Origin: an uncultured Candidatus Saccharibacteria bacterium
GTDB taxonomy: Bacteria > Patescibacteriota > Minisyncoccia > UBA6257 > Colwellbacteraceae
Assembly (NCBI GenBank): GCA_964360065.1
Contig: CAYHTW010000003.1
Location: forward strand, 44,853-108,852
Length of the DNA: 64,000 nt
Direction of reading: 5' to 3'
Every line of letters begins with the position of its first letter. Within the stretch, counting starts at the first letter, position 1. The notes beneath the pieces are model-generated. The model searched no databases and was not told the origin of the DNA. It worked only from the letters and a program-made list of their open reading frames with translations. A program made the translations under genes and the position numbers. Below, piece by piece: positions 48,675 through 57,214 of this stretch.

Positions 48675-49871
48675 CTATTTTCTCTTCTTCCTTAAGAATG
48701 TCGGTATATCCCAAACATCATCGTCTTTCTTGATAGGTTCGGCTTCCGTCTTTTTTAAGAACTCTGGGTTATCAACTTCCTTATTAAAATCTAACTTAGG
48801 CTCTTCTCTTTTTGTTTCAGACGCCTTCCTACCATCTCTACCAGTAAACAAACTTAAATTACTCTCTCTTTTGGTAGATAAACCATTAAACCCGGTGGCT
48901 ACTAATGTGACTTTAATCTGTCCGGCTTTTAATTTCCTGTCGCTGTAAGCTCCGAAAATTATTTTCGCCCCCGAATCAACATTTTCTGTAACTATTTTTG
49001 CGATTTCGCTAACCTCTACCATTTTTAAATCTCTGCCACCTGCAATACAAAATAAAACTCCCTTGGCTCCATCAATAGAAGTTTCTAGTAGCGGCGAGTT
49101 CACTGCTTGTGTCGCTGCTTTAATTGACCGTTCTTTGCCTTCAGAAACACCCACACCAACTACTGCTGTTCCAGAATCCCCCATAATCGCTTCTACGTCA
49201 GCGAAGTCCACATTCACGAGTCCGGCCGAAGCAATAACTTCTGTGATGCCGGAAACCGCGCTTTTTAATATGTCGTCTATTTTTTCAAAAGCTTTTAAGA
49301 TTGGAGTTTCGTTGTCTATAACACTGAAGACTCTGTCGTTGGGGATCACTATCATCGTATCCACTTTATCTTTCAGTCTTATAATTCCTTCTTCGGCAAT
49401 TCTGATTCTCTGCGATCCTTCAAAAGTAAAAGGCTTGGTGATAATGGCAATCACTAGCGCCCCCGTCTCGCGGGCAATGTCGGCCACCACCGGCGTCGCT
49501 CCTGTCCCCGTACCTCCGCCAAATCCAGCGGCCAGAAAGATCATATCCGCTCCCTGCAAGGCCTCGGCAATGTCAGCCTGGCTTTCTTCAGCTGCCTGGC
49601 GGCCCATATCCGGGTTCATACCGGCGCCCATACCTTTAGTAATAACCCTACCTATATGTATCTTTTGTTTAGCCTCCGAATACTCTAGATCCTGGGCGTC
49701 TGTATTAATCGCAATGAATTCCACTCCCCTCATAGAGTCGCGCCCCATTCTAGTGATAACGTTGCCGCCAGCTCCGCCAATACCGACTACTTTTATTTTA
49801 ACGAAAGGCTTAGCGGATTTATGGGCCGTTATTCTCCTCTTTTTATGACTTTTCCTATTCTTTTTAGGCAT
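48675..49871 (-). CDS. ftsZ: Cell division GTPase FtsZ
   Basis: 398 aa with the tubulin signature GGGTGTG, followed by a long basic C-terminal tail. Confidence 0.95.
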   Translation of the reverse strand: MPKKNRKSHKKRRITAHKSAKPFVKIKVVGIGGAGGNVITRMGRDSMRGVEFIAINTDAQDLEYSEAKQKIHIGRVITKGMGAGMNPDMGRQAAEESQADIAEALQGADMIFLAAGFGGGTGTGATPVVADIARETGALVIAIITKPFTFEGSQRIRIAEEGIIRLKDKVDTMIVIPNDRVFSVIDNETPILKAFEKIDDILKSAVSGITEVIASAGLVNVDFADVEAIMGDSGTAVVGVGVSEGKERSIKAATQAVNSPLLETSIDGAKGVLFCIAGGRDLKMVEVSEIAKIVTENVDSGAKIIFGAYSDRKLKAGQIKVTLVATGFNGLSTKRESNLSLFTGRDGRKASETKREEPKLDFNKEVDNPEFLKKTEAEPIKKDDDVWDIPTFLRKKRK

Positions 49872-49873
49872 AT

Positions 49874-51103
49874 TTAAGGTAGGAGGTTTTTCATAAATTG
49901 AACGATATTAGTCCAAAAACCAGGCAAACGTATTGCGCCAGGCTCAAATTCCCTGCCCCAAAGAAGGAGGCCCAGGACAGTGACATATTCAGGAGACTCC
50001 AGGAACGGAGCAACGTCCTTGGAGTGCATTGGAAAATACTCGGGGTGCGGCAAACCTATCTGTGTGGACAGTTTAAGCTCATCCCTAAAAAGTTCTACTA
50101 TACCCGGCAGCTTAGAACCGCCACCGGAGAGCACCACCCCTCCAGGTAATCGCCCCGCTTTACCTACTAATCTTAACTCGTTATTGATAAGTTCGCAAAT
50201 CTCGGTGAGACGCGACTCTATTATTTCAGCTATATATCTTCTTGATGGCGTACCCTTAAGATTCACATCAATCTTTTTTAAGTCTATAGTTTCTCTGGCG
50301 GGAACTTCTTTAGCCACAGCATAGCCATAAGAAATTTTTAGTTTCTCCGCTGCTTCCACCGGGATTTTTAAAGCTACTGCCAGGTCTTTGGTCACGTGTC
50401 CCGCTCCAATCGGCAACATAGTGGTGTGCAATAATTTATTCTCTTCGTAAATTGCTATACCAGTCGTACTGTAACCAACGTCAATCATAACAACTCCTAA
50501 TTCTTTTTGGTTTTTGGTGAGTGCCGCTTGAGCGGATGCCAGTGGATTAAAGATCAATCCAGAAACGCTTCCGCCGGCTAGCTCCACGCATTTCAAAAGA
50601 TTTTTAATCGCCGGGTCAAAAGCGTCAATGATAATACTCACTACTTCCAACCTGGCTCCCACCATACCCAAGGGATCTTTAATGTCGGCCACGCCATCTA
50701 CAATAAATTCTCTGGTAATCGTGTGGAGAATAGTTCTGTTGGATGGCAAATGCACCGCCTCCGAAGCCTGCATGGCCCTAGAAGTGTCATCGCGATGTAT
50801 TTCGGAGCTCGCCCTAGAGACGGCAATGATACCCCTGGAAATCTGAGAATGAATATCAGAACTGCCAAGATTCAAATAAATGTTGTGAATAGCTCCCTTG
50901 GAAAAACTTTTTACTTCCTGTAAGACGGCGTTAATAGAAGAAGCGGCTTCGTCCATATCAACCACTACTCCACGCCTCAAACCATGAGAGGGTCTTTCTA
51001 CACTATAAACGAGGGAAACTTTGTCGCCCTGTTCTTCTTCGGCTACTACAGCCCTGATTGAACTTGATCCGACGTCCAACCCTAAGATCCTATTTTTAGC
51101 CAT
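49874..51103 (-). CDS. ftsA: Cell division protein FtsA
   Basis: 409 aa actin-like; ILGLDVGSSSIRAVV and the SHS2 insert. Confidence 0.9.
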   Translation of the reverse strand: MAKNRILGLDVGSSSIRAVVAEEEQGDKVSLVYSVERPSHGLRRGVVVDMDEAASSINAVLQEVKSFSKGAIHNIYLNLGSSDIHSQISRGIIAVSRASSEIHRDDTSRAMQASEAVHLPSNRTILHTITREFIVDGVADIKDPLGMVGARLEVVSIIIDAFDPAIKNLLKCVELAGGSVSGLIFNPLASAQAALTKNQKELGVVMIDVGYSTTGIAIYEENKLLHTTMLPIGAGHVTKDLAVALKIPVEAAEKLKISYGYAVAKEVPARETIDLKKIDVNLKGTPSRRYIAEIIESRLTEICELINNELRLVGKAGRLPGGVVLSGGGSKLPGIVELFRDELKLSTQIGLPHPEYFPMHSKDVAPFLESPEYVTVLGLLLWGREFEPGAIRLPGFWTNIVQFMKNLLP

Positions 51104-51477
51104 TTTAAAATCTTCTTTTCCATACGTTCCATCTTTATCCTATCATCATAACGCCCATGGTCTAGACCTAACAAGTGGAGGAGCCCGTGTACCAGAAGAT
51201 AATCTATACTCTCGCCTCGTTTTTTGATGAATACGGGATCTAGATAAACCTCGCCTAGTAGCCTCGGCGATCCCGAACTCACCCGAGGAAACCAGGAGGG
51301 ATGTGAAAAAGACAAGACATTAGTAGTCTTGTCTTTGCCAAGATGCCGAAGATTAAGCTTCCTCATTTGTAGGGATTTAACCAGATTAATCTCGGCATAA
51401 GAATCTTTTTTGTGTAGATAGCCCAATACTTCACAAGCCAGAAGTTCAAGCCTCTTTTGTTCCTCACTCTTTCTCAC
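51082..51477 (-). CDS. ybeY: Endoribonuclease YbeY (rRNA maturation factor)
   Basis: 131 aa with the HGLLHLLGLDH zinc-binding motif. Confidence 0.9.
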   Translation of the reverse strand: MRKSEEQKRLELLACEVLGYLHKKDSYAEINLVKSLQMRKLNLRHLGKDKTTNVLSFSHPSWFPRVSSGSPRLLGEVYLDPVFIKKRGESIDYLLVHGLLHLLGLDHGRYDDRIKMERMEKKILKWLKIGS

Positions 51478-51924
51478 TTAGGCCTCTAAGTGCTTTTTAA
51501 TAATCTCGCTAACAAGCTTGCCGTCGGCTCTACCACCAATCATCTCCTTCACCGCCTTCATAATTTTACCCAGCTCACGCTCTCCTCCAGACATAGCCTG
51601 GGCAACAATTTTTTCTATTTCTGCTTCAGTGAGTTCTGAAGGAAGATATGACTGAATAACTTTAAGTTCCAACTCTTCTTTCTCTTTGAGGTCACCACGG
51701 CCAGCGCTGCCGTAAATCTCGATTGATTCTCTCCTTTTTTTAACCTCACGGCGCAACACTTCCATTATCTCCTCTTCGGTTAATGGGTCGGATGATTTGG
51801 CTCTTTTTTCTATCTCACGATTTTTAACAGCAGAAACTACCATGCGAAGCGTACCAACTTTAAAAGAATCACCCCCCTTCATGGCTTCTTTTATTTGAGA
51901 ACTTAGTTTCTCGAGGAGGTCCAT
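51478..51924 (-). CDS. GatB/YqeY domain protein
   Basis: 148 aa; LSSQIKEAMKGGDSFKVGTLRMVVSAVKNREIE matches the YqeY family. Confidence 0.8.
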   Translation of the reverse strand: MDLLEKLSSQIKEAMKGGDSFKVGTLRMVVSAVKNREIEKRAKSSDPLTEEEIMEVLRREVKKRRESIEIYGSAGRGDLKEKEELELKVIQSYLPSELTEAEIEKIVAQAMSGGERELGKIMKAVKEMIGGRADGKLVSEIIKKHLEA

Positions 51925-51925
51925 A

Positions 51926-52144
51926 TTACAAGAGGCCCAATTTCCTATCGCTTAATACCTTGGCTGTTTTCTCGGACTTATACATAGCGGAAATATGACG
52001 CTTGTTTTTAGTTACTCTGCGGTGGGAGAAGCGCCTCTTTCTCGCTTCACGCAAAACTCCGCTTTGCTGGATTCTCTTAGTAAAGCGGTGGATAAGCGAG
52101 CTGGGAGCTTCTCCGTCTCTTTTTTTTACGGCTATGCCTGACAT
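51926..52144 (-). CDS. rpsU: 30S ribosomal protein S21 (probable)
   Basis: 72 aa, basic; LIHRFTKRIQQSGVLREARKRRF resembles the S21 core (LRRFKR...G.L.E.R.R). Confidence 0.6.
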   Translation of the reverse strand: MSGIAVKKRDGEAPSSLIHRFTKRIQQSGVLREARKRRFSHRRVTKNKRHISAMYKSEKTAKVLSDRKLGLL

Positions 52145-52557
52145 TAAATAAACTTTATTATTTTTTCTTTTATAGCGGAGACCGATTCCGAAGACTGGTT
52201 TTTCACCACCGAATGTATGGATCCTCCTCCATCCCCCTCAAATCTGGGGATAAGGTGGATATGGAGATGGTCTATCGCTTGTCCGCTTACTTTACCGTGG
52301 TTTATGCCTATTGTAAAGCCATGAGGCTTGATGGCTAAATTAAGAGCTGCGGTTACTTTTCTGACTCCTAAAAATAGCGGGCCCACGACCATCTCCGGCA
52401 AATCCAGAATGTTTTCGGCATGAACCTTGGGCACTACGATCGTGTGCCCAGGAGCTAATGGATGAATATCTAAGAATGCAAAAGCAGCCTTGTCTTCGTA
52501 GATTTTTTCCGAGGGTATCTCTCCTTTTACTATTTTACAGAATAAACAATCTGCCAT
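52144..52557 (-). CDS. HIT family (histidine triad) protein
   Basis: 137 aa with the HLHIHLIP histidine triad. Confidence 0.85.
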   Translation of the reverse strand: MADCLFCKIVKGEIPSEKIYEDKAAFAFLDIHPLAPGHTIVVPKVHAENILDLPEMVVGPLFLGVRKVTAALNLAIKPHGFTIGINHGKVSGQAIDHLHIHLIPRFEGDGGGSIHSVVKNQSSESVSAIKEKIIKFI

Positions 52558-52602
52558 AATTTTATAAATTTTGAGCGAAGCGATTAAATTTATCTAAAAT
52601 GA

Positions 52603-52702
52603 TGAGCACCGAGCACTCAGTACTATTTGTCGTATTATACTTGAATTTTTGCATTGATTAAATTTTGTCACAATTATTAATAGAAAATGTTGAGTGCTCG
52701 GC
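52603..52702. repeat. Second copy of the IR-bounded intergenic element (TGAGCACCGAGCACTCAGTAC ... TTGAGTGCTCGGC)
   Basis: The left arm is 21/21 identical to copy 1. The right arm matches 11/13 against the reverse complement. The interior is different and AT-rich. Confidence 0.85.
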
Positions 52703-52749
52703 TGAAGTTTGATAGATACATTTTGTCGTCCATAACTCCAAAATGTATA

Positions 52750-54057
52750 TCAAGCCTTCAGCCTTCTCTTAACTTCTTCAATAATCTTGCTTATAGGAAT
52801 GGATTCCTGCACTCCTGTTGCCATATCTCTTAATATAATATTCCCATCATAGGCTTCTTTTTGTCCCAATATAAGAGCAAAAGGCGCATTCACTTTAGCA
52901 GCGCGTTCTAACTGAGCCGAAAGCGAATCCTTACCCAAAGCCTCAGAAATAGGCACGTTGGCTTTTCTAAATTCCTCAACCAGCAAGAGCGCTCTCTTTT
53001 TAGTCATTTCTCCAACATGCACCAAAAATATTTTAGATTTCACTTTATTAACTTGGTCCTTTGAGTCGGCTCTTAGCATTTCTACAATACGCTCCAACCC
53101 AGCAGCAACTCCGGTAGCCGGAGTGGGCCTGCCTCCCAACATTTCAGACAAATAATCATATCTACCTCCAGAGGCGATAGCTAAGTCGCTTCCTTCACGA
53201 AAGATTTCAAAAACAGTTCTGTTATAGTAATCCAACCCTCTTACAAGATACGGATTTAAAGTGTATGGGATGCTGACTTCGTCCAGATATTCTAAGGCTT
53301 CCTTAAAGTGTTTCTTACAAGCCACACACAAGCTATCTAAGATAGACGGCGCCCCGAGTTTAACTGGCTGGCAGGCATCGTTTTTACAATCCAGCAGACG
53401 AAGTGGATTTTTCTCCAATCTCCCATCGCATTCCTTGCAAATGTCCTGCTTCTTATAGTATTCAATAAGCTTTTTCTTATAGTTAGGCCGGCAGACTCGG
53501 CAACCAATGCTATTAATCTGCACCATTAGATTTTTAGCTTTTAGCTCTTCTAAATATCGGTAAGCCAGTATTATAACTTGCGCATCGTAGATAGGATCCC
53601 CCTCTCCGCCTAATATTTCAAAGCCTAATTGATTAAATTGCCTATATCTGCCAGCTTGAGGTTTTTCGTGTCTAAAAACCGGGCCTAGGTAATACAACTT
53701 CAAAGGCTGGGGCAGGCGATGCAACCCGTTTTCTATGTAACTTCTTACAACAGGCGCAGTGAACTCCGGCCGCAACGCCAACCTGTCTCCTCCCTTGGTG
53801 CGTAAAACAAACATCTCCTTTTCTACAATGTCAGTCGCTTCTCCAACCCCGCGAACAAAAAGGTCCACGTTTTCTAAAATAGGGGTTTCAATACGGGCAA
53901 AATTATAAAAATCAGCCACATCTTTCGCGGCCCTGTAGACCTTGTCCCATAATGGCCGGTCAGCAGGAAGTATGTCGTGCATCCCTTTAGGCGATTGGAA
54001 AGTCAATATTTTTGCTTCCTTCACCTTCTTAACCGGTTCTTTCTGATTGATGGACAT
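52750..54057 (-). CDS. hisS: Histidyl-tRNA synthetase
   Basis: 435 aa; class II motifs and an anticodon-binding C-terminus (GMHDILP..., FRHEKPQAGRYRQFNQ, GGRYD). Confidence 0.93.
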   Translation of the reverse strand: MSINQKEPVKKVKEAKILTFQSPKGMHDILPADRPLWDKVYRAAKDVADFYNFARIETPILENVDLFVRGVGEATDIVEKEMFVLRTKGGDRLALRPEFTAPVVRSYIENGLHRLPQPLKLYYLGPVFRHEKPQAGRYRQFNQLGFEILGGEGDPIYDAQVIILAYRYLEELKAKNLMVQINSIGCRVCRPNYKKKLIEYYKKQDICKECDGRLEKNPLRLLDCKNDACQPVKLGAPSILDSLCVACKKHFKEALEYLDEVSIPYTLNPYLVRGLDYYNRTVFEIFREGSDLAIASGGRYDYLSEMLGGRPTPATGVAAGLERIVEMLRADSKDQVNKVKSKIFLVHVGEMTKKRALLLVEEFRKANVPISEALGKDSLSAQLERAAKVNAPFALILGQKEAYDGNIILRDMATGVQESIPISKIIEEVKRRLKA

Positions 54058-54059
54058 TA

Positions 54060-54611
54060 TTAAGAAGATAACTTGTAACTCGGTTCTTCAAAAAAAGTCA
54101 GGCTTTTTAAGGGGTAAAATCTCAAGCGAACAATACCGATGATTCCTTTTTCATCCAACAGTCCCCAGCTTCTGGAATCAGAGCTCTGCGTACGATTGTC
54201 TCCCATCACGAAATATTTTCCACTCTGTAAAGTAAAGTTTTTCTGCCCTGCCCCACCGTTTTTAACATTAATGTAGCTTTCGTTAAGCTTCTCTCCGTTT
54301 ATCTCCACGCTATCATTTGTTACCGCCACTTGTTCACCCGGCAAGCCAATGATTCTCTTAATATAGAATTCCGACTCGTTCCTGGGGTTCTTAAAAACAA
54401 TTATTTCCCCTCTTTCCGGCTCGCGTAGCTTATAAGTAATCTCGTCAACCAAGACGTATTGGCGGCTATAAAAAGTCGGCTCCATACTTGGGCCATCGAC
54501 AATAAATGGTAGAACGACTAAAGTTCTGATTAGAAAAAAAGATATTAAAGCAACAGCTAAAACTTCTATGACTTCCCAAAAAGGCAGAAGAAATTGTTTC
54601 ATTCGCTGCAT
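54060..54611 (-). CDS. lepB: Signal peptidase I (LepB)
   Basis: The ORF track extends to 54752, but that would overlap pth. The likely start is MQRMKQFL... at 54611. The catalytic VDGPSMEPT (Ser) and GDNRTQSSDSRSWG boxes are present. Confidence 0.85.
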   Translation of the reverse strand: MQRMKQFLLPFWEVIEVLAVALISFFLIRTLVVLPFIVDGPSMEPTFYSRQYVLVDEITYKLREPERGEIIVFKNPRNESEFYIKRIIGLPGEQVAVTNDSVEINGEKLNESYINVKNGGAGQKNFTLQSGKYFVMGDNRTQSSDSRSWGLLDEKGIIGIVRLRFYPLKSLTFFEEPSYKLSS

Positions 54612-54667
54612 TCTAATACAATAAATAGGTGCCTGCAAGCCAGGTAGTAAAAGTTTAATCATATAAA

Positions 54668-55234
54668 ATGATGAATTATAAATATAAGCTTTTGATAGGA
54701 CTGGGTAATCCAGGCCCCGATTATGCGTTAACTTACCATAACGCTGGGTCATTTTTTATAGATCTTCTTTCAAGTGGCAAGAAATTCAAAAAAACGGATG
54801 GTTTTGTTTACTCTAAAATCGGTGATGTAGTTTTAATAAAACCGTTGTCCTTCATGAACGAGTCTGGTGCTTCGGTTAAACTGGCTATAAAATACTTTAA
54901 AACTACTCTCTCCGAGACTCTCATTATCCACGACGATTCGGATCTTAGTATGGGTGAGTATAAATTCGCCACTAACCGAGGCTCGGCAGGTCACAATGGC
55001 ATCAAGTCTATTATGGAAGTCTGTAAGACCAGTGACATTAACCGCCTTCGTTTGGGAATCAGGCACAATACTCAAGAGGGCCGATTAAAAGCCGGTCTGC
55101 CTCGCCGCCCGCTTCGCCAAATCGAGGTAAGAGCCAAGGCGGGGGATTTTGTCCTGACGCCTATGGGTAAAAAAGATATAGCTGCCCTGCAAGGCATCGC
55201 CAGTAACCTTAAAAGAGATCTGCTGGGTTCTTAA
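54668..55234 (+). CDS. pth: Peptidyl-tRNA hydrolase
   Basis: 188 aa; LLIGLGNPGPDYALTYHNAGSFFID is the Pth signature. Confidence 0.92.
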   Translation: MMNYKYKLLIGLGNPGPDYALTYHNAGSFFIDLLSSGKKFKKTDGFVYSKIGDVVLIKPLSFMNESGASVKLAIKYFKTTLSETLIIHDDSDLSMGEYKFATNRGSAGHNGIKSIMEVCKTSDINRLRLGIRHNTQEGRLKAGLPRRPLRQIEVRAKAGDFVLTPMGKKDIAALQGIASNLKRDLLGS

Positions 55235-55250
55235 GACCTACCGTGACGCT

Positions 55251-56762
55251 TTACTCTGGGAAATTCATGTCTCTCACCAAGAAAGTAGCCTGGAAAGACA
55301 CCTTGCCATCCGATTTCATAACTATGCCGGAAAAAGGCACGCTGACATTGGCAAATTGGCTCTGAGAGTCAAGTCTCTTTTTAAAATCCAGCACGGAATT
55401 CTGATCTGGAGCAGTGCCAAAAATCAAAATTGGGGAAGAAAGCGATTGAATGGTTAATTTATCAAAAGAAATATTGTCTCCTGCCAATTGGCCTAAATAA
55501 TTAAGGAATGGGGTAATTCTTACATCCGACTCTTGGGCGGATTTTACTAAATCAACTACCTTATTAAAAGCTGTCGCTTGAACCCGTAAAGCCGCAAGCT
55601 CCGGAGTTGCCACCTCGGTATTCCCACCCTGAATAACTGTGGTAGCTAGTTTATCGGCTAATCTAGAGACATAAATGTCGCTTGCGGAAAAAACCAGGAG
55701 AATAAAACTTATCACCGTTATGAAAACTTTCCTCCAAAGATAAGTGAATTCCAAAACTTCCTGTTGCTCAAATATTTTGACAGCTGACTCTCCAGTTAAA
55801 CTGATGTTAGTATCTTCGGCTCTCCTAATAAGTCCCCTTAAGGCAGCGCCGGCCACGGCCGTTACTTCCTCCGAAGGAATGGAACTAACTTTCATATCTG
55901 GGAATTTCTTATTTACAGCTTCGGCGATTTCTGCGCCTAAAGAGGATGTTACTACGATCATATTTTTAAGTTGGTCTCCAGATCGGCCTATATAGAAGTT
56001 CAAAACTTTAGCCACTTCATTGTCTACCGCCGTTTCCATATTTGTGAGCGTAATGCTTCTCTCACCTGCCAGCACCAACTTCCAAGGATAAAAGTAGCTA
56101 AAATAAACGCTATTGTTCTTAGTAACGATGAAATCAAGCCCTTCGACGGTTACGTGCATCACTAAATAAGAGGAAGTCTCGTCAAGCTTCCCCAAGCTAA
56201 CCAGCTGCCGCACTAAGCTTAGTGCCGAAAACTCTACAGCTGCGACGCTAAAATTAGCTTCGTGCAAAGCGATAACTATGTTATCAATGCTCTCTGACGG
56301 CATAAAAGCCCCTAGAAGTTCTATAACTCCGCCAGGACCTCCCGTATCAGCTATTTTCTGCCAGCCGTAATAAGCTCCTTCTATTGGCATTGGAGAAATC
56401 ATACGTAAGTTAAGTTCCGCTGCCTCTGTTAGGTTAGATTCGGCAGCTTTAGAAACATTGAAAGATTGAACGTATACATCATTGCCAGAGAGAGTCAGAA
56501 TAATATTAATAATTTTTTTAGAATCAACAGTGATCTGCGAATGTATTGTTCTTAAAGCCTCTGTAAAGTTAGTTTCTTCCCCACGATGCACCTTGCCGTC
56601 TTCAACTATACCTGGAGGCAACCTTAAGGAAGCTACAGGAGCGCTGCCATAAGATAAATCATAAAAATTAATTACCGAATCGGTTATTTCTAAACCGCCT
56701 ATCTGTGGTGTAGGAAAAATCAAACGGTTAAAATTTCTTAAAGTTTTTTTGAAATCCATCAT
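55251..56762 (-). CDS. pilM: Type IV pilus assembly protein, PilM (actin-like) fused to a PilN/PilO-like TM + periplasmic region
   Basis: 503 aa; the N-terminal ~330 aa are actin-fold-like, followed by a single TM (FITVISFILLVFSASDIYV) and a periplasmic coiled region. Sits in the pilus gene context. Confidence 0.55.
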   Translation of the reverse strand: MMDFKKTLRNFNRLIFPTPQIGGLEITDSVINFYDLSYGSAPVASLRLPPGIVEDGKVHRGEETNFTEALRTIHSQITVDSKKIINIILTLSGNDVYVQSFNVSKAAESNLTEAAELNLRMISPMPIEGAYYGWQKIADTGGPGGVIELLGAFMPSESIDNIVIALHEANFSVAAVEFSALSLVRQLVSLGKLDETSSYLVMHVTVEGLDFIVTKNNSVYFSYFYPWKLVLAGERSITLTNMETAVDNEVAKVLNFYIGRSGDQLKNMIVVTSSLGAEIAEAVNKKFPDMKVSSIPSEEVTAVAGAALRGLIRRAEDTNISLTGESAVKIFEQQEVLEFTYLWRKVFITVISFILLVFSASDIYVSRLADKLATTVIQGGNTEVATPELAALRVQATAFNKVVDLVKSAQESDVRITPFLNYLGQLAGDNISFDKLTIQSLSSPILIFGTAPDQNSVLDFKKRLDSQSQFANVSVPFSGIVMKSDGKVSFQATFLVRDMNFPE

Positions 56763-56770
56763 AGTAAATT

Positions 56771-57211
56771 TTAAAATGGCTTCTCCTGCATTGAGATTAC
56801 TATAATCTGCCCGCTAAAAGCATCTACTCCCATCACGGCCTCAAACCGCTTTTTTCTTGTACCTGCGTTTCCGATTGAAACAACTTTTAAGGTGCCGTCG
56901 GCATTATCTATAACGCCAACCGTTGCGGAAGCCGTATCAACAGTTAAGGGATAAGTGGTAACTCCATCACAGGTTATACTGAATGCTGTGGCTAAAGCGC
57001 TGCAGTTTTTATAACGTACAATTTTAACAGCAGCGTCTTCCGCTCCGGTTCTGGCCGCCACTAATGCCTGAGCTGCCAGCTTTGAACTTGCCACCGTATT
57101 GCTAACTAAAACTCCGACAATGAGTCCGGAGATAGCCAATTCCATCACGATACCTGATATAAGCAATATTGCCGCTAAGGTTGCCGCTCCTTTTTTTATT
57201 TGTATTGTCAT
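56771..57211 (-). CDS. Hypothetical N-terminally anchored protein in pilus cluster (possible minor pilin/TadE-like)
   Basis: 146 aa; the hydrophobic N-terminus KKGAATLAAILLISGIVMELAISG lacks a canonical G/FTLIE prepilin motif. Confidence 0.35.
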   Translation of the reverse strand: MTIQIKKGAATLAAILLISGIVMELAISGLIVGVLVSNTVASSKLAAQALVAARTGAEDAAVKIVRYKNCSALATAFSITCDGVTTYPLTVDTASATVGVIDNADGTLKVVSIGNAGTRKKRFEAVMGVDAFSGQIIVISMQEKPF

Positions 57212-57214
57212 TTC

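Noticed and set aside
49063-49848. 261-aa plus-strand ORF
   Set aside because: Antisense to ftsZ. Its translation is Ala/Ser/Pro-rich low complexity, typical of the reverse strand of a Gly/Ala-rich gene.
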